Of a stretch of DNA of 64,000 bases, positions 39,001 to 49,079 are shown one piece after another. Source of the stretch: Patescibacteria group bacterium (GTDB lineage: Bacteria > Patescibacteriota > Patescibacteriia > UBA9934); assembly GCA_041666145.1 (NCBI GenBank), contig JBAYHK010000001.1:3810-67809 (forward strand). Direction: 5' to 3'. The number at the start of each line of letters is the position of its first letter. Position 1 is the stretch's first letter. The notes beneath the pieces were generated by a model that was given only the letters and a program-made list of their open reading frames with translations, ran no database searches and was not told where the DNA came from. Made by a program: the position numbers and the translations under genes.

Positions 39001-40134
39001 GTCGATGAGCGCGTCAACCGCCTCTTGCAACATGCGCTTCTCATTGCGAGTAATGACTTCCGGTGCATTCAACGCATACAACCGTCGAAGACGATTATTG
39101 CGGTTAATGACACGGCGATAAAGATCATTCAAGTCACTTGTTGCAAAACGTCCACCATCAAGCGGCACCATTGGACGAAGATCTGGAGGGATAACTGGAA
39201 GTACACGCAACACCATCCACTGTGGAGCAATACCATTCTTCTCCAACGCCTTAAACAGCTTTAAACGGCGCATGATGCGCTCATATTTTGCTGTAGATGA
39301 CGTTGCGGCAAGCTCATCGGTTAATTTCACAACGGTCTCCGAAATATTGATTCGCTCAAGCAACTTCATGATTGCCTCAGCACCAATTCCTGCGTCAAAA
39401 ATGTGACCATAACGCATGGACCAATCGTGATACGTCGCTTCTGAAATAACGCGGAGCGGTGTGAGCTCCTTCAAATCCTTATCAACCTGAATGAAGTCTT
39501 CTTCAAGCTCATTCAAACGCTCAGTCGATGCCGCTTCAATACGATCAATCTCCGACTTCAATGCCTTTTTGTCACCTTCGAACTTTTCTTCAGCTCGAGT
39601 AATGTCACGCTTCACCTCCCCCTCAATCATCTTCTTCTTTGCGCGATACTCCTCCTTCACCTGCTCAACAGTCATTTGGCGAGCATCTTCATTCACGTCG
39701 GTAATGATGAAGTTTGCAAAGTACACCACCTTTTCTAACGACTGCACGCCCATGTCAAGCATTGTGCCGATTTTTGACGGCACGCCTCGCAAGAACCAGA
39801 TATGTGTGACTGGAGACGCGAGGTCGATGTGGCCCATGCGTTCTCGACGAACCGAAGCTTGGGTGACTTCAACGTTACATTTGTCACAAATAATTCCCTT
39901 GTATCGAATCTTCTTGTACTTTCCGCAATAACACTCCCAGTCTTTTGACGGTCCAAAAATTTCTTCCGCAAACAAACCCTGCTTTTCTGGCTTTTGGGTG
40001 CGGTAGTTAATAGTTTCCGGCTTGCTCACTTCACCGTAAGACCACGCGCGGATTGCTTCTGGTGATGCAACTCTCAAACGAATGGAATCGAAGTCTGTTG
40101 ACCTCAAGGATTGGAATTTCATGGCCATATGCAA
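36091..40134 (-). CDS. rpoC: RNA polymerase beta' subunit
   Basis: KPETINYRT, YNADFDGDQMAVH, GEPGTQLTMRTFH, GLKENVIIG. Confidence 0.99.
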   Translation of the reverse strand: MHMAMKFQSLRSTDFDSIRLRVASPEAIRAWSYGEVSKPETINYRTQKPEKQGLFAEEIFGPSKDWECYCGKYKKIRYKGIICDKCNVEVTQASVRRERMGHIDLASPVTHIWFLRGVPSKIGTMLDMGVQSLEKVVYFANFIITDVNEDARQMTVEQVKEEYRAKKKMIEGEVKRDITRAEEKFEGDKKALKSEIDRIEAASTERLNELEEDFIQVDKDLKELTPLRVISEATYHDWSMRYGHIFDAGIGAEAIMKLLERINISETVVKLTDELAATSSTAKYERIMRRLKLFKALEKNGIAPQWMVLRVLPVIPPDLRPMVPLDGGRFATSDLNDLYRRVINRNNRLRRLYALNAPEVITRNEKRMLQEAVDALIDNSSRQSKTVIAATGKKRQLKSLADILKGKQGRFRQNLLGKRIDYSGRSVIVVGPHLKLHQCGIPKKMALELFRPFVISKLIAREYVHNIRSANRFLESDRPEVWDILEEVVADSYVLLNRAPTLHRLGIQAFRPTLIEGKAIQIHPLVCDAYNADFDGDQMAVHVPLTTEAKKEAEELLLSIRNLLKPSFGGPVATPGKDIAWACFYLTSTDTEPDEKTMKSFADDDEVLYAMNAGKIRAQDWIRIRRNGVMLVTTPGRIIVNQQFPERIGFQNEILGKKQLANIIRDVLEFYGQEFTATILDNLKDLGFKYATLSGYSWAMAGLPTLKEKPILIGEGDRRVREVEEYYAQGLLTQSERHTQIIKIWTEIKDRIADISKDSLPHDSAAYTMIESGARGAWGQLTQMIGMIGLKSSPSGDIIELPVKSSFKEGVSVLEFFISSHGTRKGLTDTALRTANAGYLTRRLVDVAQDVVVREEDCGDVKGVLLTKEESDEIGEPLLVRILGRIALSDIKIPGEKKAFITAGDLITEDHIRALKKSGKELLEAHVRSVMTCHVRRGVCQKCYGYDLAHNKMVKMGVAIGIMAAQSIGEPGTQLTMRTFHTGGVAGKDITQGLPRVEELFEARLPKRKAIMAEVSGKVEIEKAARTVVQAGTGKHIIDTMPGQKIVKVSHRAVDEKTFMLGRGAKIKVVEGDKVLEGDVIGAKMDGEKVPTDVAGVVKSVGKTSVIVVYEADKIREYIIPQGFTLYIKDGDEVCAGDALTDGHLDLQALFAAKGRDAVQRYLSKEIQFIYASQGQKLNNKHIEVIVRQMLSRVRVTNPNDTELLPGEVIERATLLDQQDVAIAKGGKLAEYEDLLLGVTKVSLSTESWLSSASFQETARVLIGASVTGKIDELQGLKENVIIGRLIPAGTGFGLDTIDEPAMESFEEIAMAAPEKPLSVIDAELKVEGPGMGKDLSASESKETAVE

Positions 40135-40136
40135 GG

Positions 40137-43100
40137 TTAGGCGCGACGCGCGTTACGATCGTCGCCGATCTCAATCTTTTTGCCGTTCTTCAAAAGTTCA
40201 ACATCCATTGCCAAACCCTTTAACTCACGCATTAAGACGTTGAATGATTCTGGAATGTTCACCTTTGTAATAGTCTCGCCCTTAATGATCGCCTCGTATG
40301 CCTTTGCGCGACCGTCAATGTCATCAGATTTAATGGTGAGAATTTCTTGCAACGTATGAGCCGCGCCATATGCTTCAAGAGCCCAAACTTCCATTTCTCC
40401 AAAACGCTGACCACCGAACTGAGCCTTTCCTCCAAGTGGCTGCTGCGTAATAAGCGAGTACGGGCCAATAGAACGCTGGTGCATTTTGTCTTCCACCATG
40501 TGGTTCAACTTGATCATGTACATGATTCCGACCGTAACCTTGTGATCAAAAGCATCTCCTGTACGGCCATCAAATAACGGCACCTGACCATCTTCTGGAT
40601 ATCCTGCCTTCTTCAGTTCATCCTTAATCGCCTGATCTGGAACTCCAGCCAACACAGGTGTCGCCACCTTATAACCAAGTTTCGAAGCGGCAAGTCCAAG
40701 GTGAACCTCAAGAATCTGACCAAGGTTCATACGAGAAACCACACCAAGTGGAGTGAGAAGAACGTCGACCGGACTTCCTTCTGCAGTAAATGGCATGTCT
40801 GCAATCGCAACCACTTTAGAAATAACACCTTTGTTTCCGTGGCGACCTGCAACCTTGTCACCAACCTGAAGCTTTCGAAGATCCGCGATGGTTACTTGAA
40901 TTGACGTAATAACTCCTGGCGACAAATTGTCACCGGCTTCACGACTGAAAACCGTAATATCAACAATCTTTCCTTTGCGACCATGCTCCAAGTACAACGA
41001 TGAATCACGAACATCTCGAGCCTTGTCTCCGAAAATGGCACGCAACAATTTTTCTTCTGCAGAAAGCTCAGTCTCGCCCTTTGGTGTGATCTTTCCAACA
41101 AGAATGTCGCCAGACTTCACCTCTGCACCAATACGAATGATTCCCTCTGCATCTAAGTTCTTCAATTTTTCTTCTGAAACATTCGGAATATCGCTCGTGA
41201 CCAGTTCTGGTCCAAGCTTAGTGTCGCGAACATCGAGAGTTAAGTGCTCCAAGTGGATGGTTGTAAAACGGTCGTCTTGAACAACACGCTCAGAAATAAT
41301 GACCGCGTCTTCATAGTTGTATCCGTCCCAGCTCATAAATGCGACGCGCATGTTCTGGCCAAGCGCAAGCTCTCCATTCTCTACCGAAGGACCGTCTGCA
41401 AGAACGTCTCCCTTCTTCACTTTCAATCCAGGCAAAACTACAGGACGCTGCGTGATTGCTGTGGAGTTATTTGAGCGAACGTACTTATTCAAAACATACG
41501 TTTTATCCCCCATCTTCTTGTACTTCATGGTGATCTTTGCACCATCTGACGCAGCCACCTCGCCCTCTTCCTCTGCAACAAGAACGTGACCGGAATCAAG
41601 CGCTGCACGGCGCTCCATTCCCGTTCCAATAATTGGTGATTGCGGACGGATCGGTGGAACAGCCTGACGCATCATGTTCGTTCCCATGAGTGCACGAGTC
41701 GCGTCGTCATGCTCAAGGAATGGAACCAACGCCGTTCCAACAGACACAATCTGCGTTGAAGAAACGTCCATGAAGGTGATGTCTGTTGCTGGAACTAATT
41801 GCGGCTCACCGAACTTACGCGCCTCAACATACTCGGCAATGATGAATCCCTTCTCATCAATCGGCACAGTCGCTGGACACGTTGTTGCCTTCTCTTCGGT
41901 AAACGCATTCACATAAATAATCTCATCAGTTACTCGAGATCGTCCCTTTTCTTGAACCACTTTTCTGTATGGAGTCTCAATAAAACCGTACGCGTTCACT
42001 CGGGCATAGCTTGCCAAGTGGCCAACCAGACCAATGTTTGGTCCTTCTGGAGTGGCGATTGGACAAATACGACCATAGTGAGTTGGGTGAACGTCGCGAA
42101 CTTCAAAACCTGCGCGCTCACGAGTCAAACCTCCAGGACCCATGGCAGAAAGTCGACGCTTATGTTCAAGCTCGGCCAACGGGTTTGTCTGATCCATGAA
42201 CTGCGAAAGCTGTGACGACATGAAAAACTCGCGCACCGCCCCGATGACTGGACGAGCGTTAATGAGTTTTCCTGGCGTAAGCGAATCAATTTCGCTTGTC
42301 GACATTCTGTCTCGCACAATACGTTCCATTCGCGCCATACCAACACGGAATCGTGACTGCAACAGCTCACCGACAGCACGAACGCGACGGTTGCCCAAGT
42401 GATCAACGTCGTCTGCTTCTTCTTGGCTAATGTTCAAACGAATGATCTCGCGAATAATCGCAATCAAGTCTTCTTTAGTTAAAATGCGATTTTCTTCCTT
42501 TGCGACTTCTTCCTCTTCATGCGGCAACGAAAAACGAAGGTTGAACTTATACCTACCAACAGCTCCAAGGTCGTAACGATCGTAATTAAAGAACATTGCG
42601 TGAATCAAGCTTCGTGCGTTATCTGCCGTTGCTAAATCCCCTGGACGAATGCGCTTATAAACCTCCTTTAATCCTTCATCTTCATTCGACGCCGCATCCT
42701 TCGCAAGCGTATTTTCAATGAATCGAATACTTGGGTGAACATCAATGTCTGCAAAAATCTTCAAAATCTCTTCACTCGACGAAATGCCGAAGGCTCGCAA
42801 GAGCGACGTTACTGCCACTTTGCGCTTACGATCGATCTTTACCCAGATAACATTCTTTGGGTCTGTTTCAAATTCAAGCCAAGCTCCACGGTTTGGAATG
42901 ATCTTTGCACCGTAATGACGACGAGCACGAATGACTTCTGCAGTGAAAAAAGCACCTGCAGAACGCACAAGCTGTGAAACCACCACACGCTCGACGCCGT
43001 TCACCACGAATGTTCCGCGTGGAGTAACAACTGGAAGGTCACCAAGATAAATTTCCTGTTCCTTCACTGCACCAGTTCGAAGGTTCTTCAAACGCGTCTT

Positions 43101-43355
43101 CACACGAAGCGGAGCCTCATACGTGACATTCTTTGCGCGACTGGTTACTTCGTCGAACTTTGGTTCGTCCAAGTAGTAGTCGCCAAGCGTCAACTCCAAA
43201 TCACGACCCATGGAGTCCTTAATTGGCGTGACTTCGTCGAACAATTCTCGGATCCCCTGATCCAGAAACCACTGGTACGCAGACTTCTGCACCTCAATGA
43301 GGTCTGGAAGGTCCATCGCATCTCGCAGTGGAGTGAAATATTTTCGCGTCATCAT
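40137..43355 (-). CDS. rpoB: RNA polymerase beta subunit
   Basis: NGVERVVVSQL, SQFMDQTNP, GDKVAGRHGNKG, GGQRFGEME. Confidence 0.99.
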   Translation of the reverse strand: MMTRKYFTPLRDAMDLPDLIEVQKSAYQWFLDQGIRELFDEVTPIKDSMGRDLELTLGDYYLDEPKFDEVTSRAKNVTYEAPLRVKTRLKNLRTGAVKEQEIYLGDLPVVTPRGTFVVNGVERVVVSQLVRSAGAFFTAEVIRARRHYGAKIIPNRGAWLEFETDPKNVIWVKIDRKRKVAVTSLLRAFGISSSEEILKIFADIDVHPSIRFIENTLAKDAASNEDEGLKEVYKRIRPGDLATADNARSLIHAMFFNYDRYDLGAVGRYKFNLRFSLPHEEEEVAKEENRILTKEDLIAIIREIIRLNISQEEADDVDHLGNRRVRAVGELLQSRFRVGMARMERIVRDRMSTSEIDSLTPGKLINARPVIGAVREFFMSSQLSQFMDQTNPLAELEHKRRLSAMGPGGLTRERAGFEVRDVHPTHYGRICPIATPEGPNIGLVGHLASYARVNAYGFIETPYRKVVQEKGRSRVTDEIIYVNAFTEEKATTCPATVPIDEKGFIIAEYVEARKFGEPQLVPATDITFMDVSSTQIVSVGTALVPFLEHDDATRALMGTNMMRQAVPPIRPQSPIIGTGMERRAALDSGHVLVAEEEGEVAASDGAKITMKYKKMGDKTYVLNKYVRSNNSTAITQRPVVLPGLKVKKGDVLADGPSVENGELALGQNMRVAFMSWDGYNYEDAVIISERVVQDDRFTTIHLEHLTLDVRDTKLGPELVTSDIPNVSEEKLKNLDAEGIIRIGAEVKSGDILVGKITPKGETELSAEEKLLRAIFGDKARDVRDSSLYLEHGRKGKIVDITVFSREAGDNLSPGVITSIQVTIADLRKLQVGDKVAGRHGNKGVISKVVAIADMPFTAEGSPVDVLLTPLGVVSRMNLGQILEVHLGLAASKLGYKVATPVLAGVPDQAIKDELKKAGYPEDGQVPLFDGRTGDAFDHKVTVGIMYMIKLNHMVEDKMHQRSIGPYSLITQQPLGGKAQFGGQRFGEMEVWALEAYGAAHTLQEILTIKSDDIDGRAKAYEAIIKGETITKVNIPESFNVLMRELKGLAMDVELLKNGKKIEIGDDRNARRA

Positions 43356-43579
43356 AACGAAAAAAGCACTGTGTAAAACACAGTGAGTTTATAAGTTCTT
43401 CATGTCTGTAACCGTGCGGAAGCCGAAGGATGGCATGCACTGACGAAGAAGAATTTGAGAGTTTCCAGTAGCAGTCAGGGGTCAGCGCACCAAGGCAAAG
43501 CCCTGGCAAACGCCCGGAGACGACACAAAGGAAAAGTCCCAAGTGGCGCGAGAATACCACCTCTCACCAAAAGCGTCAA
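43356..43579 (-). promoter_or_regulatory. rpoBC promoter and ~190-nt leader ending in a hairpin plus U-tract
   Basis: TTGACG-N17-TATTCT (43551-43579); CACTGTG-TTTTA-CACAGTG-CTTTTTT (43360-43385) immediately before the ATG. Confidence 0.55.
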
Positions 43580-43705
43580 CACGTTTCCCTATGAACAACT
43601 TTCGTGTTTCTTCGCTAGGGTTGGCAGAGAAAAGCCCAACCGAACTTGCCTTTCCGCTGCATTTCTTGTACGTTTTCCGCGCAACCCAAGCCCTAGAGGT
43701 GACAA

Positions 43706-44143
43706 ATGCACGAGCGAAAACTGTTGTGTTCATTCTGCAGAAAGAGCAAAGATAATGTGCTTGTAATGGTTATAACCGCACACGATGGCGTCTGCAACGA
43801 GTGCGTGACGTTCTACACGCGATACATGCTTCAAGAGCCTGGCGATCTTGATGCAGCCGCATTCCGAAAGGAGCTCATCGATCCTGATGGTCACAAACGG
43901 CCGCCGGCGCCATTAAGAGCTCCTCGGTCAAGATTTAAGAGAATCTCGGACGACGAACCTCGATGTTCTTTTTGTGGTAAACCCGAGCGCGAGGTTCGAA
44001 AAATAGCTCACGGCAAAAATGCAACCATCTGCGACGAATGTCTAGTTTCCACAACACAGGTCATCAGGAGCCATAACGATCTCATCGATGGGGACGCATT
44101 TCTTTCCCAGATTGTTGGCTCGCAAGAGGATTCTGGGCCGTAA
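43706..44143 (+). CDS. Protein made of two ClpX-type C4 zinc-finger domains
   Basis: CSFCRK...VCNECV and CSFCGK...ICDECL; GAGG SD. Confidence 0.85.
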   Translation: MHERKLLCSFCRKSKDNVLVMVITAHDGVCNECVTFYTRYMLQEPGDLDAAAFRKELIDPDGHKRPPAPLRAPRSRFKRISDDEPRCSFCGKPEREVRKIAHGKNATICDECLVSTTQVIRSHNDLIDGDAFLSQIVGSQEDSGP

Positions 44144-44437
44144 TCCACGCACACCCCGTTCGATCATGAAGCCCCTGCGGCGCTGATCGGCGGGGTGTTT
44201 CATTTCAAAACACCGCCAAGATGGCGGTGTTTCTTTGTCGCTTCGAAAAGATGCAGGATGAGAACACGGTCTCATTTTTATCCAAACTCATGTACAGAAC
44301 AAAAGGAGAAAACAACTGCACCGTTTGTGCAGGTTCGTTCAGCACAAGTCATGGAAATGCCGGTCTCATCCCGCAACTTTCCGAAGCGACCTCAACATCG
44401 ATAATACCTAGGCTGGAGAAACAAGGCAACTACAATC

Positions 44438-45502
44438 TTATTCTGACTCTACTGCGGGATCTTTTTCTTCATCACTTGCGCCAACTTTTGCCACAAAACC
44501 TTCACTCTTCAGTGCCGCCGCGGTCGTTGCTTTACGCATTGCCTTCAATGTTTCTGGATGCTCACGAAGATATGTCTTTGCCACTTCACGACCAACGCCA
44601 AGCTTCTCTTCTCCAAATAAGTAACTGTTCCCGCGCTTGTCAACTGATCCAACTTCGACGCCAAGGTCTAGCATGTCTCCCGCAATCGAAATGCCTTCGT
44701 TATACATAATGTCGAACTCGCATGTTCGGAATGGTGGAGCAACCTTATTTTTCACAATCTTTACCTTTACGCGGTTCCCGACAATTTTTTCTCCTTGCTT
44801 AATCTGCGCAGCTCGTCGAATCTCAATGCGAACAGATGCATAAAACTTCAAAGCATTTCCGCCAGGAGTCGTTTCTGGATTGCCAAACATCACACCAATC
44901 TTCATGCGAATCTGGTTGATGAAAATAACAACGGTTCCAGACTTCGAAACAATGCCTGTTAATTTTCGGAGCGCCTGGCTCATGAGTCGAGCTTGAAGTC
45001 CCATGTGCGACTCCCCCATCTCGCCTTCGATTTCCGCCTTTGGAGTTAATGCGGCAACAGAATCAACAACAACAACGTCTATCGCATTCGATCGAACCAA
45101 TGTCTCAACGATCTCGAGCGCTTGTTCACCAGTATCTGGCTGCGAAATAAAAAGCTCGTCAATGTTGACACCAACCTTCCTCGCGTACTCCGGATCCATT
45201 GCATGCTCCGCATCAACGAAAGCCGCAATTCCTCCCTGACGCTGACACTCGGCAATGATGTGCTGTGCCAAAGTGGTCTTTCCAGAAGATTCTGGACCAT
45301 AAATTTCAATCACTCGACCACGCGGAACGCCAAGAGCACCAAGAGCAAGGTCCAAAGAAAGACATCCGGTAGGAATAGCGTCGATATTCGTCGCCTTCTG
45401 ATCTCCAAGTCGCATAATCGACCCCTCTCCAAACCGCTGTTTAATCTGCCCTATCGCTGCCTGCGCCGCAACTAAGCGCGCCTTAGCCTGTTCTTTTGCC
45501 AT
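44438..45502 (-). CDS. recA: Recombinase RecA
   Basis: [41 protein letters not shown]; start at MAKEQ. Confidence 0.99.
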   Translation of the reverse strand: MAKEQAKARLVAAQAAIGQIKQRFGEGSIMRLGDQKATNIDAIPTGCLSLDLALGALGVPRGRVIEIYGPESSGKTTLAQHIIAECQRQGGIAAFVDAEHAMDPEYARKVGVNIDELFISQPDTGEQALEIVETLVRSNAIDVVVVDSVAALTPKAEIEGEMGESHMGLQARLMSQALRKLTGIVSKSGTVVIFINQIRMKIGVMFGNPETTPGGNALKFYASVRIEIRRAAQIKQGEKIVGNRVKVKIVKNKVAPPFRTCEFDIMYNEGISIAGDMLDLGVEVGSVDKRGNSYLFGEEKLGVGREVAKTYLREHPETLKAMRKATTAAALKSEGFVAKVGASDEEKDPAVESE

Positions 45503-45533
45503 ACAAAAAAAGTAGACGTGATGATTCAGATAC

Positions 45534-45562
45534 TGTTCGTAAAATACGAACATCTACCGAAC
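45534..45562. promoter_or_regulatory. Candidate operator upstream of recA
   Basis: TGTTCGT-AAAAT-ACGAACA palindrome overlapping a GAAC-N7-GAAC direct repeat. Confidence 0.45.
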
Positions 45563-45570
45563 ATCTTACA

Positions 45571-46302
45571 CTACTCTTTTTTCAAGCTCACGATAGATAT
45601 CCCCTGATCTTCCCCAATATGATTTCCATCAAAAACAACACGTCGATATTCAATTGCCTTTTGCGAATATCGACGCGTCCCCTCTACAGTAATCACATTC
45701 AAACCTCTTGAGAGGTCTACTGTTGTTAAAAAAGTGTTGTCCTCATTTACCACAACGGCCCGATGATTAATCTCCAAAGTTACGTCGTCATTCTCAACAT
45801 GCCCTCGAACCTCAACCAATGCAGAATCTGCACGAATTCCGTCTATTGGATACTCAATAACAATTTCTGGAGGTCGCAACATTCCGTAAATTTGCCATAC
45901 GAAATATCCGAGCAACACACTGGCCAGACTTCCTAATGCAAAAACTTTTAAAAATTGTGTTGATGCGAACAGCCACGATCGATCTACACGCTGACGAGGC
46001 AATCTATGTGGAGTCAAAAGATCTGTTTGGCCATTCTCCTCTGCATAAAGTTCTAAAAAATATGTTTCGTCTGCAGCAAGAACACGCGCATAAGCCTTAA
46101 TAAAATTACGCGTATACAACGGCTGCGGCAATACATCGTATCTTCCTCGCTCAAGCGCTTCCAAATATCGCCGCTGTATATGCGTCTGCGCTTCCATCAT
46201 CTCCATACTTACCGCCTGTCCGCGACGAAGCGCTCGGAGCTTTTCTCCGAGAGTCTGTGGAAGGCGATCAAGTTGTCGCATGACAAAAACCATATTCGTC
46301 AA
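45571..46302 (-). CDS. RodZ-like HTH membrane protein with C-terminal Ig-like domain
   Basis: TLGEKLRALR...YLEALERG...YTRNFIKAYARVL, TM helix, GLNVITV; follows ftsK. Confidence 0.85.
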   Translation of the reverse strand: MTNMVFVMRQLDRLPQTLGEKLRALRRGQAVSMEMMEAQTHIQRRYLEALERGRYDVLPQPLYTRNFIKAYARVLAADETYFLELYAEENGQTDLLTPHRLPRQRVDRSWLFASTQFLKVFALGSLASVLLGYFVWQIYGMLRPPEIVIEYPIDGIRADSALVEVRGHVENDDVTLEINHRAVVVNEDNTFLTTVDLSRGLNVITVEGTRRYSQKAIEYRRVVFDGNHIGEDQGISIVSLKKE

Positions 46303-48563
46303 AATCGATCATGAACTGAACGCTGACGATCGTCGCCTTCCTCGTCGACAAGCTCTTCTGAACTTAATGGTTCATTCGATTCCGTATCGATAGATACTGT
46401 CTCTTCATCAACCTCCGCATCGACGTCTTCTTCGTTAAAGTCTGACTGCCCCGTAGGCGGCCATTCGCTTACAAGAACCTCACGAGGCTTTGCGCCATCT
46501 GGTGGGCCAACAATTCCAAGCTTTTCCATTAAGTCGACTATCCGCGCCGCTCGCGAATAACCAATCTTCATTCGACGTTGCAAATATGAAGTCGAAACCT
46601 TTCCGGCATCAATGGCGATTTCAATAGCGTCATCAAGCAACGTATCTGAATCAGCAGGGTCGAGTGAAACTCCCCCGGCACCAGTACCAGACTCTGTAAT
46701 CTGATAATTATAATCAGGCTCACTCTCCTCCTTCAAAAAGGCAACAACGCGTTCAATTTCTGTTTCTGCAACATACGCGCCCTGTGCTCGCTTTGGTTTC
46801 GACAACTCTGGCGTTGAAATAAGCATGTCGCCCCTCCCAAGCAGTTTATCTGCACCACCAACATCAAGAATCGTTTTCGAATCGACTTGCGAGGCAACGG
46901 CAAAAGCAAGACGCGTAGGAATATTCGCTTTAATAATTCCCGTAATCACATCTACCGACGGTCGCTGTGTGGCAAGAATCAAATGAATGCCTGCAGCACG
47001 AGCCATCTGTGCGATTCGAACAATCACGGCCTCAACATCGCGCTTATTTTGACTCATTAAGTCCGCAAGCTCATCAATGACGATAATAATGCGCGGCATG
47101 CGCTCCTTGCTCTTTGCATTGTACGAGTCGATATCTTTCGCGCCAAACTTCGACAAATAATCCAAACGCCGTTCCATTTCTCGAACCGCCCACTTCAGCG
47201 CATTGATCGCTTCATCTGCTTTTACGATCGGAGGAACAAGAAGATGAGGAATTCCGGTATATGCAGAAAGTTCAACGCGCTTTGGATCCACCATGATGAA
47301 TTTCAAATCATCTGGTCCATTCTGGTAAAGCAATGAGATGATAATGTCGTTTAAACATACCGACTTTCCAGATCCGGTTGCGCCGGCAACAAGCATATGT
47401 GGCGTTCGCTCCACCATAAGAAGCTGCGTTGCACCGGTAATATCTTTTCCAACAGGAACCGTAAAACTCGATTTTCTGTGCTTAAATTCCTTTGACTCCA
47501 AAAGCTCTCTCAACGAAACCCGACCGATAGTCTGATTCGGTACCTCAATGCCAACGAGCGACTTTCCAGGAATTGGTGCTTCTATGCGAATGGGATGCGC
47601 AGCAAGGGCAAGGGCAAGGTCATTCTGCAGGGCAATGATGCGAGAGAGCTTAATGCCCGCAGGTGGTTTCAGCGCGTATTGAGTAACAGTCGGACCAACG
47701 CGAACTTCTTCAACTTCAACGTCGATGCCGAATTGATGAAGCGTTCTTACAATCAATTCTGTTCCGCGATCTATATCTCCAGGCTTCGCGTCCGAACTTT
47801 TCCCTTCCAAAAGTTCCAATGGAATTTCTATGGTTCGGCGTTCGCGCGTTGTCATGACATGTTCAGCATTCCCGTTATAAACAATTGGTCGCTTTTTTTC
47901 ATGCTCGACTTCTTCCTCTGCACCATCTTCTTCATCAATCTCACTATCAATATCAGCATCAGCTTCCTCTTCCATCTTTCTTCGCTCATCAAATGGAACC
48001 TCGTCCTCATCGTCTCCATCATTCTTCGATGAAAAACCACCGAAAATCGAAAGCGGAAAGGCGAGCAAGGACTTAATCGATACGTTAAAGAGTAATACGC
48101 AAGAAACCAACAAAACTGCCAGAGCAACAATCACTGATGCAAATGTTCCTAAAGATGCTACGAGATACTTCGAAACGAAAAGACCCGCAAGACCGCCCGC
48201 ACTCTTCAGCGCATCGCCTTGCGTTGCACCACCAGCAAAAAAGATGTTCAAAATTCCGTTCAATGCAATCAATAGCAACACAAATGATCCTGCGCCACGC
48301 AAAGTAATGAGCTGCTTGTCTCGAAAAACAACATCAATCGCAATAAAGAAAAGGAGCACCGGAACAACAATTCGAGCAAAACCCAAGAAAAGTGCCATCG
48401 AACCGTCTAGCCAAACACCAAAATTTCCAGCAAAACCAAAAAATGACAGAGCGATCACTGACCCAACTGCCACCAGAGCAATCGCTGCAACACTTTGCCG
48501 CACATCATCTCCAAGAATCGGACTATAGACTTCTACCGCAGGCTTTTTGAGCTTTTTAGCCAT
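46299..48563 (-). CDS. ftsK: DNA translocase FtsK/SpoIIIE
   Basis: N-terminal TMs; PHMLVAGATGSGKS, VDPKRVEL, ATQRPSVDV, gamma domain LQRRMKIGYSRAAR. Confidence 0.97.
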   Translation of the reverse strand: MAKKLKKPAVEVYSPILGDDVRQSVAAIALVAVGSVIALSFFGFAGNFGVWLDGSMALFLGFARIVVPVLLFFIAIDVVFRDKQLITLRGAGSFVLLLIALNGILNIFFAGGATQGDALKSAGGLAGLFVSKYLVASLGTFASVIVALAVLLVSCVLLFNVSIKSLLAFPLSIFGGFSSKNDGDDEDEVPFDERRKMEEEADADIDSEIDEEDGAEEEVEHEKKRPIVYNGNAEHVMTTRERRTIEIPLELLEGKSSDAKPGDIDRGTELIVRTLHQFGIDVEVEEVRVGPTVTQYALKPPAGIKLSRIIALQNDLALALAAHPIRIEAPIPGKSLVGIEVPNQTIGRVSLRELLESKEFKHRKSSFTVPVGKDITGATQLLMVERTPHMLVAGATGSGKSVCLNDIIISLLYQNGPDDLKFIMVDPKRVELSAYTGIPHLLVPPIVKADEAINALKWAVREMERRLDYLSKFGAKDIDSYNAKSKERMPRIIIVIDELADLMSQNKRDVEAVIVRIAQMARAAGIHLILATQRPSVDVITGIIKANIPTRLAFAVASQVDSKTILDVGGADKLLGRGDMLISTPELSKPKRAQGAYVAETEIERVVAFLKEESEPDYNYQITESGTGAGGVSLDPADSDTLLDDAIEIAIDAGKVSTSYLQRRMKIGYSRAARIVDLMEKLGIVGPPDGAKPREVLVSEWPPTGQSDFNEEDVDAEVDEETVSIDTESNEPLSSEELVDEEGDDRQRSVHDRF

Positions 48564-48705
48564 AGCAAACAGTGCGTAAATGCAATGACCCTATTGTACA
48601 ACGTTGAAGCCTTAACGCAGAGAGGAAAAGGTGCGCAAAAGAAAAGGCGGCCCGTCGTTTAGGCCGCCCGAGTACGCTCACAGATGCCAGGATTGAATCC
48701 AAAAA

Positions 48706-48978
48706 TTATGGAGCGCAGTGAACAGAGGCCCGAACAGAGATCTCCACGCCGATAACTTTCCAAAAATCTAAGACGTTACAGACAATGGCGGTATATACGT
48801 CCTGGACATCTGATTCCTTATCAACGTAAACCGCGAGAGCGTCTCCTTCCCGAAGTCTGATTTCCGTATCAACTCCAGAGTGCCTGAGAATTATCTGATG
48901 AACCAAGACCAGCGAGCTACGCTCACGATTCGTGCAGTCCTCAAAAGAACAAACGAAAAAACCTTTTTTTCTACCCAT
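48706..48978 (-). CDS. Hypothetical protein (solo cassette)
   Basis: GGGAGG SD upstream; no recognisable motif. Confidence 0.45.
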   Translation of the reverse strand: MGRKKGFFVCSFEDCTNRERSSLVLVHQIILRHSGVDTEIRLREGDALAVYVDKESDVQDVYTAIVCNVLDFWKVIGVEISVRASVHCAP

Positions 48979-49079
48979 CTCAACACCTCCCTTTCAACGA
49001 GTTGGCTAAAGAAATTCCGCGATATAAATATCATAATATCTGCTTCTTTTCAAGAAAAACCATGTTAGAGTATTTCTGT

